64,000 nt of DNA from an uncultured Cytophagales bacterium (lineage in GTDB: Bacteria; Bacteroidota; Bacteroidia; Cytophagales; Bernardetiaceae): assembly GCA_963761725.1 (NCBI GenBank), contig CAVXHP010000006.1, positions 253,534 through 317,533 on the forward strand, given 5' to 3'. Below are positions 50,073 through 59,938 of the stretch, in pieces (the stretch's first letter is position 1; the number at the start of each line of letters is the position of its first letter). The notes beneath the pieces are model-generated. The model was not told the origin of the DNA. It saw only the letters and a program-made list of their open reading frames with translations, and did no database searches. The translations under genes were made by a program, and so were the position numbers.

Positions 50073-51521
50073 TTACCTTATCCTCAAGCGTCTTCCCAGT
50101 CTCAAACTCGCTCGTGTACTAATATTATTAAGTTTACAAATTGAAGCAATCGTTACTCCATATTGGCGACTAATTTTCCAAAGAGAATCTCCACTTTTGA
50201 TTTTGTGATAAATTACTCTTCTTACAGTATGAACTTCTTCAGAGTCGTCATCTCCATCATCCTCGTGTGTATGTGTACTATTTACTCTTGCACCCAAATG
50301 CTTGAAGTTGGCAGCCGTAAGCTCAAAATCTTTTAGCTTTATTTCGTTTTTTTCAAAATCAAAAATAGTTGCTGGGTCTATCGAATTGCCTTCATAACGC
50401 ATCTCAAAATGCAAATGAGGTCCCGTACTCCTTCCAGTACTTCCACCCTTTCCAATCATCTGACCTGCTTTTACGTAATCACCTACCTCTACATCGGTTG
50501 CACTAAGATGTCCATACACCGTTTCAAGTCCGTTATTATGTCGTATTACAATATGATTTCCAAAACCTCTACCGTATTTTTTTACTCTAATTATTCCATC
50601 AAAAACAGCATAAATAGGGTCACCTGTATCCAAATCTAAATCGGTTCCGTGATGCCAGCGATAACGACGATACCCAAAATTTGAGTTTATTCTGTTACTC
50701 GCCATAGGTGGCGACCAATATTGGCTTTTTGCTGAATCATAGAGAGCAATCTGAACGGTGTCTCTAAATTTTGAAGCATCAATTCCATACGGGTTTACGG
50801 CATCTGAACTCCAAACTTTATAATACTGACGCATTGTAATCCAAACACAATCAATTGCAATTTCTTCTGAAATCAAAACGATATTGCTCATCTTTACATT
50901 ATCGTAATTACTTGTATCTTCTCTAAATAAACTTTTGCGAGTATTCATACTAATAGCAAGCGTATCTAAAAAAAGTGAGTATCCCCAGCTTCCACTAAGT
51001 GTACTAAGGCGTAACATAGTTGTATCAGAAAGATTTAAGAGAGTAGCATTTGCAGGACGAAAATTTTCTTCCTCATAACTATCTCCACCAATAGAAGGAG
51101 CATTTTTATTAAATACAGCAGAGTTTTCAAAGGATTTTGAAGTAACTACTCCTAGTGAATCTTTTGATGAATCGCTTTTAACTTCTCCATTTTCAGAAAC
51201 TGACCTAGATAAATCAGAATCCATATTACTTTTAGAAATGCTAAAAGCATCTATTGAATCTGTCTTCGAAATGGCTAGAGTTAATCTTAAAGAATCTGTT
51301 TTCTTGTCTTTTGTATCTTCCTTTATATCTTCTCTTGGAGCTACTTTTTCAATAGCTGCATTTTTATCTGTTGTAGCAGGGAGAATTAAAAAATTTGGAA
51401 TTATAATAGTTTTAAAATCACTTTGACTGTTACTTTTGTCTTGCAGAGTATTTTGTGCTGTAACGTTATTCTTTTGAGCTAAAAAAGTAAATAAAATGAA
51501 AAAGAAACTGATAAATCTCAT
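50073..51521 (-). CDS. M23-family metallopeptidase with a C-terminal LysM domain
   Basis: HHGTDLDL...GNHIVIRHNNGLETVYGHL is the M23 signature. The C-terminal HKIKSGDSLWKISRQYGVTIASICKLNNI is LysM. The signal peptide start MRFISFF (51519-51521) is preferred over the track start. Confidence 0.75.
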   Translation of the reverse strand: MRFISFFFILFTFLAQKNNVTAQNTLQDKSNSQSDFKTIIIPNFLILPATTDKNAAIEKVAPREDIKEDTKDKKTDSLRLTLAISKTDSIDAFSISKSNMDSDLSRSVSENGEVKSDSSKDSLGVVTSKSFENSAVFNKNAPSIGGDSYEEENFRPANATLLNLSDTTMLRLSTLSGSWGYSLFLDTLAISMNTRKSLFREDTSNYDNVKMSNIVLISEEIAIDCVWITMRQYYKVWSSDAVNPYGIDASKFRDTVQIALYDSAKSQYWSPPMASNRINSNFGYRRYRWHHGTDLDLDTGDPIYAVFDGIIRVKKYGRGFGNHIVIRHNNGLETVYGHLSATDVEVGDYVKAGQMIGKGGSTGRSTGPHLHFEMRYEGNSIDPATIFDFEKNEIKLKDFELTAANFKHLGARVNSTHTHEDDGDDDSEEVHTVRRVIYHKIKSGDSLWKISRQYGVTIASICKLNNISTRASLRLGRRLRIR

Positions 51522-52079
51522 CGCTTTTGTGTAATACAAAGTAGGATAAAATATGTTTTTTGAGTAATTATTCGAGTCCATTTGAAAGATAATAAAGATA
51601 TAAGGCATAAAAACAAACCAATGTTTGTTTGATATGAGCTATTAAACTACTTATTTTGTAAATTTATCTTTAAATAAATAAGTCCTTGGGAATATTTTTT
51701 GAGCAACTATTTTGAGCAACTATAAGTCTAACCCCAAATACTACTAGTTTGCAGTATGTATTTTGTTTGAAGGGTTCAATATTTTTTATAAAAGAAACTA
51801 ATTTTAGTTTTCTTTTAAATGAAGGTGCAATTTACAACTATTTTATAAACACTACCAAATATTATATTTGATTTGGCTTTTCATTTGTACTTATAATTTA
51901 AACAATAGGATAAAACTAATATAAATTCTGTAATTTCATTTATTTTTGTCTTTAAAAGAGATTGTACTAAACAAAATTAATTTTTCTTTGTCCTATAAGT
52001 GAGTAAGAGTAGTCAGTTTTGCTCAAAAATATATATTTTTGTATTGGTAGAAAATGTGTTTTTAAATAAAGAGAAGCGT

Positions 52080-52922
52080 ATGGAAAATAGGAATGAGAAT
52101 ATTAATAATGAGGATACTAATAATGAGAATACTAATAAAGGTAATTTTAGTCTCATAGCTAATGAGCAAATAAAAAATTTAGTCTCAAAAAACTACGTCT
52201 ATGCTGCTGTATTACATTATTTTGGCATAGATTTTTACAATCACACTCATCAAACTTTGGCTCAAACGTGTACAGAAAACGGGATTGATGCACGTTTTTT
52301 GATACAGCAATTAGAGCAAGCCGTAAAAAATAAGACTAAATCTAATGTATCAAAGCCTTCATTTCAGAATATAGGTAATTACCCTGTCCAACTCGTTATC
52401 CATTATTTGAAGCATTCGCATCGTATTTTTATGCGTCGTAGCTTGCCTTATATGTCAAAACTAGTTTGTGATTGTCAGAGTGATGGCTTTGAGAATAAAT
52501 ATAAATCAGTAATAGAAGATTTGAAAATTGCTTTTCCTTTATTTGCAGAAGATTTTATTCATCATATTTTTGAAGAAGAAGAGTCGCTCTTCGATTATAT
52601 CAACCTCTTAGACAACGCTTTCTATGAAAAAATACCAATGACAAAAGTATTTTATCCCATGCAAGAACATTCTATTTCTCGTTTTTTGCGTCAGCATCAG
52701 CAAGACGATGACGAAATGAAAGGGATTAGAGAACTTACAGAAAATTATAAAACTACATCAAATACACCTCTTTTGATAAAAGTATTGTATTCAGAGTTGA
52801 AGGATTTTGAAGAGGAATTGAAGATACACGCAGATATAGAAAACAGAATATTGCTTCCAAAAGCTCTAAAATTAGAATTAAAATTAAAAGAAAGTATTAT
52901 AGCAAAAAGTAAGTTTAATTGA
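52080..52922 (+). CDS. ScdA_N-like plus hemerythrin-like domain protein (RIC/YtfE-like, degenerate motifs)
   Basis: An N-terminal region resembling ScdA_N (VYAAVLHYFGIDFYNHTHQTLAQTCTENGID) and HHxxEE-type hemerythrin motifs (IHHIFEEEES, HADIENRILLPKA) are present. Confidence 0.4.
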   Translation: MENRNENINNEDTNNENTNKGNFSLIANEQIKNLVSKNYVYAAVLHYFGIDFYNHTHQTLAQTCTENGIDARFLIQQLEQAVKNKTKSNVSKPSFQNIGNYPVQLVIHYLKHSHRIFMRRSLPYMSKLVCDCQSDGFENKYKSVIEDLKIAFPLFAEDFIHHIFEEEESLFDYINLLDNAFYEKIPMTKVFYPMQEHSISRFLRQHQQDDDEMKGIRELTENYKTTSNTPLLIKVLYSELKDFEEELKIHADIENRILLPKALKLELKLKESIIAKSKFN

Positions 52923-53099
52923 GCAAATAGAAATGAAGAACAGGAAACGGGAAGGAAGAGTACAATTTCTAATTCAAATTATTTTAATCACTAAATATTC
53001 CTAAATCAGCTTTTTTCTGCAATCCTTTAAATAGTTTTTACGTAAGTAAATTAAATAAATTACTATTTTTTAATTATTAATTCATTGATAATCAATACA

Positions 53100-53150
53100 T
53101 TAAATTCGTAATTTTTAATTAGCTTCGCTGCTTTAGCAGGTCGTAATTAC
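53100..53150. repeat. AATTACGAATT-family element with an internal GC-rich hairpin (AGCTTCGCTGCTTTAGCAGGTCG)
   Basis: It is the reverse complement of the copy at 56968-57025. Confidence 0.5.
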
Positions 53151-53212
53151 TCCTAAGTTGTAAAGACGAAGGAAAACAAAATAAAATTATAGTATAAGTC
53201 AAAACTCAATAC

Positions 53213-53635
53213 ATGGGAAATTTAATATTACCACCTTCACTTACTCGTGAACTTCCTTATGCTGTTACGGCACAACTTGCAGAATTGCCACAGGAAGCAC
53301 AACGAGAGTTTTTTGAAGAATACAACCGAAATGCACGTACTACTTCGATAGGTTACATTTTGCATCTGCTTGTCTTTGGAACTCATTATGCTTATCTCAA
53401 TCAGTGGCTTTTGCAGTTTTTGTATTGGTTTACGGCTGGAGGTTTTGGTATTTGGTGGTTTATAGATTTGTTCAGAATTCCCTCTATGATAGAGGCACAT
53501 AATAATAAAGTAGCTGACCAAACGCTTCAACACGTACTTGTAAAATACCGTTACGGACTTAAAAATAATACAACATCTGATTTTATTTCATCTTCTGCAA
53601 AAGGTTCGAAGGTTTATGCTCCGAACGCCTTATGA
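53213..53635 (+). CDS. TM2-domain membrane protein
   Basis: GTHYAYLNQWLLQFLYWFTAGGFGIWWFIDLFRI is a TM2-type hairpin. Confidence 0.5.
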   Translation: MGNLILPPSLTRELPYAVTAQLAELPQEAQREFFEEYNRNARTTSIGYILHLLVFGTHYAYLNQWLLQFLYWFTAGGFGIWWFIDLFRIPSMIEAHNNKVADQTLQHVLVKYRYGLKNNTTSDFISSSAKGSKVYAPNAL

Positions 53636-54242
53636 TTTACAGAAAAAAGAAGACAACCCTCAAAATAATGATACATTAGACAAACGCAGTATTTCTAGAA
53701 TGCGTCCGATTGTGCCACGAGTTTTGGATAATCCAGAAGCTGACCCCATGCGACTCAGCATCGTAAATATAAAGGCAGGCTATTTAGTAGATTTTGATTT
53801 GACAACGTGGGAAACTGTACAGGAATGGCAATACGACTGGGATAATGGAAATAGTGGAAAAGAATTTCGTTTAGTAAATGAAAAAGAAACGCTGCATTTA
53901 TATATGCGAAATGAAGGAACTCAACTGCATACTATTCTGGGAAGAAAAGTAAATATTTTTTCTATTGATAGAGAATTGGAAGACGAAATTCAGACCAATT
54001 CTCGTCCTCCATCGGTACTCAATTATCAAGAAATAGACTATTTTAGAGAAAATACAAAAACAGGTTGGAGACACGAACTATCCTCCAAAACAAGTGCAAA
54101 CAAACTTACTATTTGGGAATATTTTGATGAAACCATGACGTTTTTTATGCGTATCGAACAAATAGAAAATCAAACTTACAAAGCAACCGTAGGCGAAGTA
54201 ATTTCTCCTTTTGAGTTTTCGAATGTTTTGCCGAAAGAATAG
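53616..54242 (+). CDS. DUF4178-like protein
   Basis: 208-aa ORF overlapping the end of the TM2 gene. This is a weak family impression. Confidence 0.3.
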   Translation: MLRTPYDLQKKEDNPQNNDTLDKRSISRMRPIVPRVLDNPEADPMRLSIVNIKAGYLVDFDLTTWETVQEWQYDWDNGNSGKEFRLVNEKETLHLYMRNEGTQLHTILGRKVNIFSIDRELEDEIQTNSRPPSVLNYQEIDYFRENTKTGWRHELSSKTSANKLTIWEYFDETMTFFMRIEQIENQTYKATVGEVISPFEFSNVLPKE

Positions 54243-54244
54243 AA

Positions 54245-54300
54245 TATTTAATCAAAAATTACGAATTCGGAAAAGAATTATAATTCTATTTCCGTAATTC
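54245..54300. repeat. AATTACGAATT-family element
   Basis: AAAAATTACGAATTCGG...TTCCGTAATTCGTAATTG. Confidence 0.5.
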
Positions 54301-54315
54301 GTAATTGATTTTCAG

Positions 54316-54410
54316 GTAGTGTTAAATATATAATGCTGCAATTCTAAAAATCTGTGTTTTGTTCGTTTAATCTGCGTTATCTGTGTTCCATTTTTATTTA
54401 CAGCATTACT
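54316..54410. repeat. ~95-bp repeat element (copy 1) with a 9-bp stem GTAATGCTG...CAGCATTAC and three ATCTGTGTT-like motifs
   Basis: It is ~90% identical to 57166-57261. It is located between convergent genes. Confidence 0.6.
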
Positions 54411-54430
54411 TTGTGATACACTACCGATTT

Positions 54431-55501
54431 TCAATTTCCCAAAGCTCTATTAAAAAGCTGTTTTATAAGCTCAAAACCTTCATCAAATTTATTTCTTTTC
54501 TGCTCAAAAGACAAAGTACCATCTTCATTTTCTGTAATCAAGTAGGTAAACACAAAATCGCCATCTCCATTCTGCCAGCCGTCTAATTGTCCGAAACGAA
54601 GGTCATTTATTTGATACATGGTATTTCCATTTTCTTCATATTTTCCTACTGTATAATATCCTTGTGGAACTTCTATAAGCTGTTTTACTTTTTTATTGTC
54701 TTTTATTGGGTCTAAGGCTTCCCAATTTTTTTCAAAATAATGGTATTTTATTTCCTTATTATTGTCTAAGACAGAATAATAACCACTATAATAACCGTCT
54801 TCTGTTTCTACAATATTATTCCAAAGCAAAATATTCAAAGGTGTAGTTTTGGTATCATAACGTAGATAATCAATGTTTTGAGCCTTTAGACTTTCTTCAA
54901 AAACAGAATTTACTCGCTGCTGATTAATAATTCCCATCAATAGATAAAAAGAAGACATTCCAACACCAAACCAAACCAAAAAAGAACGTTTCTCATTATA
55001 CGAATGACTGTATAAATTCCCTTTGAAAACGGGTAAAAATCTAGCCCAAAGCAGTAAAATAAGAAAAGGAATTGTATAGAAAAAATCAATTACAAAAACG
55101 GTTTTGAGTGCATAACCATGTTCTGAAAAAGGATAAAATATTTTTGTTCCCCAAGTAGTGAAAATATCCAACCAAGAATGCGTAATCATTCCCCAAAAAA
55201 ACAGATTTGTCCACCTCCAAAAACTCATTTCTAAAAGATATTTGAGTTTGTATTTTGTTCCCAAAGAATTGAAAAGCCAACCTAAAAAAGGAGCAAATAA
55301 GACAGCAAACAAAATAGAGTGCATCAAACTTCTATGCCAACGCAATTCTTGTACAATATCTAAAAAAGGGTTTACCAAAACATCTAAATCTGGAATTGTG
55401 CCAGCGACTGCTCCCCAAAGCATAGCCTGATTTCCAATTTTTCGTCCTGCGATAAGCTCGCCAACGGCTGCTCCTAATACAATTTGTGTGAGTGAATCCA
55501 T
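54431..55501 (-). CDS. YdjM-family membrane-bound metal-dependent hydrolase
   Basis: The N-terminus MDSLTQIVLGAAVGELIAGRKIGNQAMLWGAVAGTIPDLDVL is characteristic of PF04307. Confidence 0.55.
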   Translation of the reverse strand: MDSLTQIVLGAAVGELIAGRKIGNQAMLWGAVAGTIPDLDVLVNPFLDIVQELRWHRSLMHSILFAVLFAPFLGWLFNSLGTKYKLKYLLEMSFWRWTNLFFWGMITHSWLDIFTTWGTKIFYPFSEHGYALKTVFVIDFFYTIPFLILLLWARFLPVFKGNLYSHSYNEKRSFLVWFGVGMSSFYLLMGIINQQRVNSVFEESLKAQNIDYLRYDTKTTPLNILLWNNIVETEDGYYSGYYSVLDNNKEIKYHYFEKNWEALDPIKDNKKVKQLIEVPQGYYTVGKYEENGNTMYQINDLRFGQLDGWQNGDGDFVFTYLITENEDGTLSFEQKRNKFDEGFELIKQLFNRALGN

Positions 55502-55864
55502 TCTACAAAAATACTCTAAAATCAGTTAAACTACAGATTTCAAATAATAAATTAACTATTTTCAAAATTGAAGCAAAAAAATTATCTATTGCCAAATTCT
55601 TTATCAACGCTTTACCAATTCAGTTTTTCTAGTAAACGATAAATTATTATTTCGTCATAAATCCATTTTACAAAATAGATTTTTTATAGCACTAATTTTA
55701 CTACTAACTGATTATCAATTAAATAGCGATTTTTATAATTAAAAATTCTATTTTTGTTCGTTAAGTATCTAAATCGTTTTTTACCAATCAAACTATATCG
55801 TTGCTTGTCTGACCACCAGCGACCTACTATAAAACACAAACACACTTCTTTTTTATATAGAATT

Positions 55865-56965
55865 ATGATACAAACTCAAACGCTCGCTCCTCCTTCAACT
55901 GACTCTGTAATGGAGATTATGCAAAAAATGGGACATGAAAACCTCGTTTTTTGTCAAGACGAACACTCTGGTCTTCGTGCAATTATTGGTATTCACTCTA
56001 CCGTTTTAGGACCTGCTTTGGGAGGAACTAGAATGTGGAACTATGCAAATAGCACAGAAGCTGTAACCGATGCACTACGCCTTTCTCGTGGCATGTCGTA
56101 TAAAAACTCCATTGCTGGACTAAATTTGGGAGGTGGAAAAGCCGTTATTATTGGCGATGCACGTACGCAGAAAAACGAATTTTTATTGCGTCGTTTCGGA
56201 AAATTTGTAGAAAGTCTTAACGGAAAATATATCACTGCCGAAGACGTAGGAATGTCCACAATAGATATGAGCTATATTGCGATGGAAACCAAACACGTAA
56301 CAGGACTAGATGAAAGTCGTGGTGGTTCGGGTGATCCTTCTCCATTTACTGCTCTTGGAACGTATATGGGAATGAAAGCAGCAGCCAAAAAAATGTATGG
56401 AAGTGATAGCTTAGAAGGCAAAAAAGTTTCTATTCAAGGTGCAGGACATGTAGGCGAATATATCATCGAACACTTATCAAAAGAAGGTGCAAAGATTTAT
56501 GTTACAGATGTGTATGAAGACCGTTTGAAAGAAATTTCGGATAAGTATAAAGTAGAAATTGTAGGGTTAGAAGAAATCTATGATTTAGACGTAGATATTT
56601 ATTCTCCTTGTGCTTTGGGTGCAACTATTAACGACGAAACATTAAGCCGTTTGAAATGTCAAATTATTGCGGGTTGTGCCAACAATCAGCTTAAAGACGA
56701 GACAATTCATGGAAATGCATGTCTTGAGCGAGGAATTATTTATGTTCCAGACTTTTTGATTAATTCGGGTGGTGTAATCAATGTATATTCTGAATTTGCT
56801 TCACTTCCTCGTGAATGGGTCGTACAAAAAACAGAGCGTTTGTATGATATGTGTTTGGAGGTAATCAATACTTCTGTTTCTGAAAACAAAAATGCTCAAG
56901 ATGTAGCTATTCAGATTGCTCAAGAAAGAATTGATTCGATTGCAAATATCAAAACTAGAAGATAA
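55865..56965 (+). CDS. Glu/Leu/Phe/Val dehydrogenase family enzyme (leucine-dehydrogenase-like)
   Basis: The catalytic Lys region GGGKAVIIGD and a Rossmann GAGHVGEYI are present. ATG at 55865 (MIQTQTL...) is preferred over the track start. Confidence 0.7.
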   Translation: MIQTQTLAPPSTDSVMEIMQKMGHENLVFCQDEHSGLRAIIGIHSTVLGPALGGTRMWNYANSTEAVTDALRLSRGMSYKNSIAGLNLGGGKAVIIGDARTQKNEFLLRRFGKFVESLNGKYITAEDVGMSTIDMSYIAMETKHVTGLDESRGGSGDPSPFTALGTYMGMKAAAKKMYGSDSLEGKKVSIQGAGHVGEYIIEHLSKEGAKIYVTDVYEDRLKEISDKYKVEIVGLEEIYDLDVDIYSPCALGATINDETLSRLKCQIIAGCANNQLKDETIHGNACLERGIIYVPDFLINSGGVINVYSEFASLPREWVVQKTERLYDMCLEVINTSVSENKNAQDVAIQIAQERIDSIANIKTRR

Positions 56966-56967
56966 GG

Positions 56968-57025
56968 AACAATTACGACCTGCTAAAGCAGCGAAGCTAA
57001 TTACGAATTAAAAATTACGAAGCTA
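56968..57025. repeat. AATTACGAATT-family element with an internal hairpin (CGACCTGCTAAAGCAGCGAAGCT)
   Basis: It is the inverted copy of 53100-53150. Confidence 0.5.
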
Positions 57026-57106
57026 TTTAATTTTTATTCCTAATATTTTAATTGTCAGACACTTTCAGAAGTGTCAGACAATGTACACACAAAAAAACAG
57101 AGAAAA

Positions 57107-57137
57107 GCGAATTGCCTTGCTGCAATTCGCTTTTTTT
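57107..57137 (+). terminator. Rho-independent terminator (GCGAATTGCcttgctGCAATTCGC plus TTTTTTT)
   Basis: A perfect 9-bp stem with a T-run lies downstream of the dehydrogenase gene. It is preceded by a second perfect hairpin, TGTCAGACACTttcAGAAGTGTCAGACA. Confidence 0.55.
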
Positions 57138-57165
57138 GTGCGTATAGTTTAAGAATAAAATACAA

Positions 57166-57261
57166 GGTAGTGTTAAAGATGTAATGCTGCAATTCTAAAA
57201 ATCTGTGTTTTATTCGTTCAATCTGTGTTATCTGTGTTCTATTTTTTATTTACAGCATTAC
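57166..57261. repeat. ~95-bp repeat element (copy 2)
   Basis: Matches 54316-54410. It lies in the 5' region of the first T9SS-CTD paralog. Confidence 0.6.
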
Positions 57262-57309
57262 TTGTTATAGACTACCAAATACAAATTACCTTAAAATCAA
57301 TCTGCTTTT

Positions 57310-58008
57310 ATGAAAAAAATCTATCAAATCGTTTTTGCACTTCTGTTCTTATTTTTCATTATAGGACAGGAAAGTCTAGTTTTTGGGCAAATGGATTTAC
57401 AAACTGCTCTTTCGGGTAAATTAGTTTGTCTTCAATCTATGGCAACTTCTACTAAAGCAGACAGTACAAACCAAACAGTAAAAGATACAACTAAAACGAC
57501 TAGAATTGTAATGCGTTGTTATTCCTCTTATACTCCAACTAAAGAACCATTATATATCATAGATGGTATTCCTCTTTCTGAAAATGATTCTACTTTCAAA
57601 AATCTTTCTCCAGAAGATATTGAATCAATTTCTGTGATGAAAGGAGTATCTGCAACAGCTCTCTATGGTTCAAGAGGTGCAAATGGAGTAATTCTTATTA
57701 TCCTCAAAAAGAAAGAAATTAAAGAAGAGAAAACAGAAAAACCAGTAGAAGAAGTTGAAATAAATGTTTTTCCTAATCCGACAACAGAGTTTGTAAATAT
57801 TGCTTTAAACCTCAAAGAAAAATCAGAAGTAGAAATCAAAATTTATAATCTTCAAACTTTAGAGAGTTATGAAATAAATAAAGAAATGTATGAAGCAGGA
57901 GAACAGCAGATTAACTGGAAAGTTAATTCTTTAGCAAATGGAACATACAACATAAAAATTAAAATTGGAAAACAGATTATTACTAAAAAACTTGTTATTC
58001 AAAAATAG
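57310..58008 (+). CDS. Small secreted protein with a TonB-plug-like motif and a T9SS C-terminal sorting domain
   Basis: A signal peptide, LYIIDGIPLS...ISVMKGVSATALYGSRGANGVILII (plug-like) and a CTD (VFPNPTTEFVNIAL...GTYNIKIKIGKQIITKKLVIQK) are present. Confidence 0.6.
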   Translation: MKKIYQIVFALLFLFFIIGQESLVFGQMDLQTALSGKLVCLQSMATSTKADSTNQTVKDTTKTTRIVMRCYSSYTPTKEPLYIIDGIPLSENDSTFKNLSPEDIESISVMKGVSATALYGSRGANGVILIILKKKEIKEEKTEKPVEEVEINVFPNPTTEFVNIALNLKEKSEVEIKIYNLQTLESYEINKEMYEAGEQQINWKVNSLANGTYNIKIKIGKQIITKKLVIQK

Positions 58009-58174
58009 AGATTTGGTATTTTACGTTTTTGAAATATTGAAACTGTATCTATTGATTTTATTAGAAAAATTATACAAAAAACTCAAAAAAACACATTATA
58101 TTTTGGTATAGTGTGTTTTTTTGTAAATTGAACGAATTATAGTCCTAAAATTTATATAAAAAATACTAAAATAT

Positions 58175-58801
58175 ATGAAGCAAAATTTTAAAATTATTTT
58201 TGCCTTTACTACTTTATTCTTTGTTGTAAGTCAAGTAAATATATTGGTGGCACAAGATAAAAGTCTAAAAAAAGACCATTCTGAAGTCATAACAAGAGGT
58301 TCTACATCGTCTATTACTGAAAAAATACCAACTTTATATGTTGTAGATGGTGTCATACAAGCTGACTCTGCCGCTGTTATGAGTAAAATCAGTCCAAGTC
58401 AAATTGAATCTGTAACTATATTCAAAGGTGAAAAAGCGGTTTCACTATATGGTTCTAGAGGAGTAAATGGTGTAGTTTATATCATACTCAAAAAAGATGA
58501 AAAAATCATAGAAGAACAAGAAGAAGAAATAAAAGAAATAGAAGAAACTCTGGTAAATATTTTTCCAAATCCTACTTCTGAGCTTGTAAATGTTACTTTA
58601 TATTTAAAAGAAAAATCTGAAGTAGAAATTATTATGTATAATCTTCAAACGCTAGAAAAGCACGAAATAAGCAAAGAAATGTATGAAGCAGGAGAACAGC
58701 AAATTAATTGGAAAGTTAATTCTTTAGAAAATGGAACATATAACGTAAAGATTAAAATTGGAAAACAGATTATTACTAAAAAACTTGTTATCCGAAACTA
58801 A
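58175..58801 (+). CDS. Paralog of 57310..58008 (plug-like motif plus T9SS CTD)
   Basis: It has the same architecture. The last ~125 nt are nearly identical to the 3' end of the preceding gene. Confidence 0.6.
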   Translation: MKQNFKIIFAFTTLFFVVSQVNILVAQDKSLKKDHSEVITRGSTSSITEKIPTLYVVDGVIQADSAAVMSKISPSQIESVTIFKGEKAVSLYGSRGVNGVVYIILKKDEKIIEEQEEEIKEIEETLVNIFPNPTSELVNVTLYLKEKSEVEIIMYNLQTLEKHEISKEMYEAGEQQINWKVNSLENGTYNVKIKIGKQIITKKLVIRN

Positions 58802-58968
58802 ATACTCTGCTATTGCTCGTATTCTGACAAGCGATATGTAAATCACAAAAAAAATATAAAAAAAGCGTATTGTATTTTATTACAATACGCTTTTTTGTAT
58901 GTAAATTTGAAAAATGTAACGTACCTTTTAAGGTGCGAAAAATCAATGAAAATATTTTATTAATAACT

Positions 58969-59172
58969 ATGGCAACAGAAAAATATATTTGTGAATCGTG
59001 TGGTAGTAATGAATTTGTAACCAAACCCAACCATTTTGATTTATTTTCAGCAGAAGACGGAAAACTTATTTTTCAAGAATCAATGCTAGTAGAAGACGAT
59101 AGCAATTTAGAGCTTTTTTGTTTTGAGTGTGATGAAAAATTAGAATTTGATGAGGAAGATTTGGAGTTTTAA
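58969..59172 (+). CDS. Small zinc-ribbon protein
   Basis: The MATEKYICESCGSNEF...CFECDEKLEF paired CxxC motifs are present. The acidic tail is typical of such ribbons. Confidence 0.3.
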   Translation: MATEKYICESCGSNEFVTKPNHFDLFSAEDGKLIFQESMLVEDDSNLELFCFECDEKLEFDEEDLEF

Positions 59173-59309
59173 TTTTTTGTTTTTATTCATTGAAAATTAG
59201 ACTTTGGAGAATAGAAGTGGGTAAATACTAATTCTATTCTCTTTCTTTTTTTGTAAATTGGGTTTGAGTCTTGAAGTAAATCATTTTATAAATTAAGAAT
59301 AGTATAGAC

Positions 59310-59405
59310 ACTATTTTAGCAGAATTTCCAGACTTAGAAAGAGAAGATATATTTGCTTGTTTGCAGTATTCTTTGGCTAATATTGTTCAAAAAAGAATAA
59401 ATTAA
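59310..59405 (+). pseudogene. Remnant of a DUF433-family gene (C-terminal fragment LAEFPDLEREDIFACLQYSLAN)
   Basis: Only the conserved C-terminal tail survives. No start or upstream body is present. Confidence 0.35.
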
Positions 59406-59666
59406 TTACTTCTTTTTAATTCTTGACGCAGTGTGTCAAGAATTGAAAAATATAGCAAATCTAATATTTGACGCATTGCCTTAAGAATTCAAAACAAACA
59501 TCTTTTCGCATCAAAATACATGCTTTATTTGCCAAAAGAAGAAGAACTAAAAGCAGAATTAGAACGAGAAAGATTATTTATTGAGAATAGAAAGAAGTCA
59601 TAAAACGGAACAAAGAACATCAAAAAGCGTATTCAATAGTAAAGAACACTATAAAATAAATCAATT

Positions 59667-59879
59667 ATGCAAGAACAACTCATTTTATCGCAACTTTACA
59701 CACTTCCAGAAAATCTAAAAACAGAAGTATTACGTTTTATTCTATTTCTAAAATCTGAAAGTGAAAGTGATACAGTAATTGCTGAAAAAAAACAGCGAGT
59801 TTTTGGACGTTCGAAGGGACGTTACAAAATGGCTGATGATTTTGATGCACCTTTAGATGATTTTAACGAATATATGTAA
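59667..59879 (+). CDS. DUF2281-family antitoxin
   Basis: LILSQLYTLPENLKTEVLRFILFLKSE is a DUF2281 signature. Confidence 0.5.
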   Translation: MQEQLILSQLYTLPENLKTEVLRFILFLKSESESDTVIAEKKQRVFGRSKGRYKMADDFDAPLDDFNEYM

Positions 59880-59938
59880 TGAAATATTTATTAGATACAC
59901 ATACTTTTTTATGCTGAAATATTTTAGAAAAGAAATAA
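59879..59938 (+). pseudogene. Truncated PIN/VapC toxin remnant (MKYLLDTHTFLC-TGA)
   Basis: The canonical VapC N-terminus is cut by TGA at the position of the conserved Trp (LLDTHxxLW). A TAA follows six codons later. Confidence 0.4.

Noticed and set aside
54383-54586. ORF 54383..54586 (+)
   Set aside because: It overlaps the ~95-bp repeat element and the 3' end of the minus-strand YdjM-like gene, and its translation is low-complexity. It is likely spurious.
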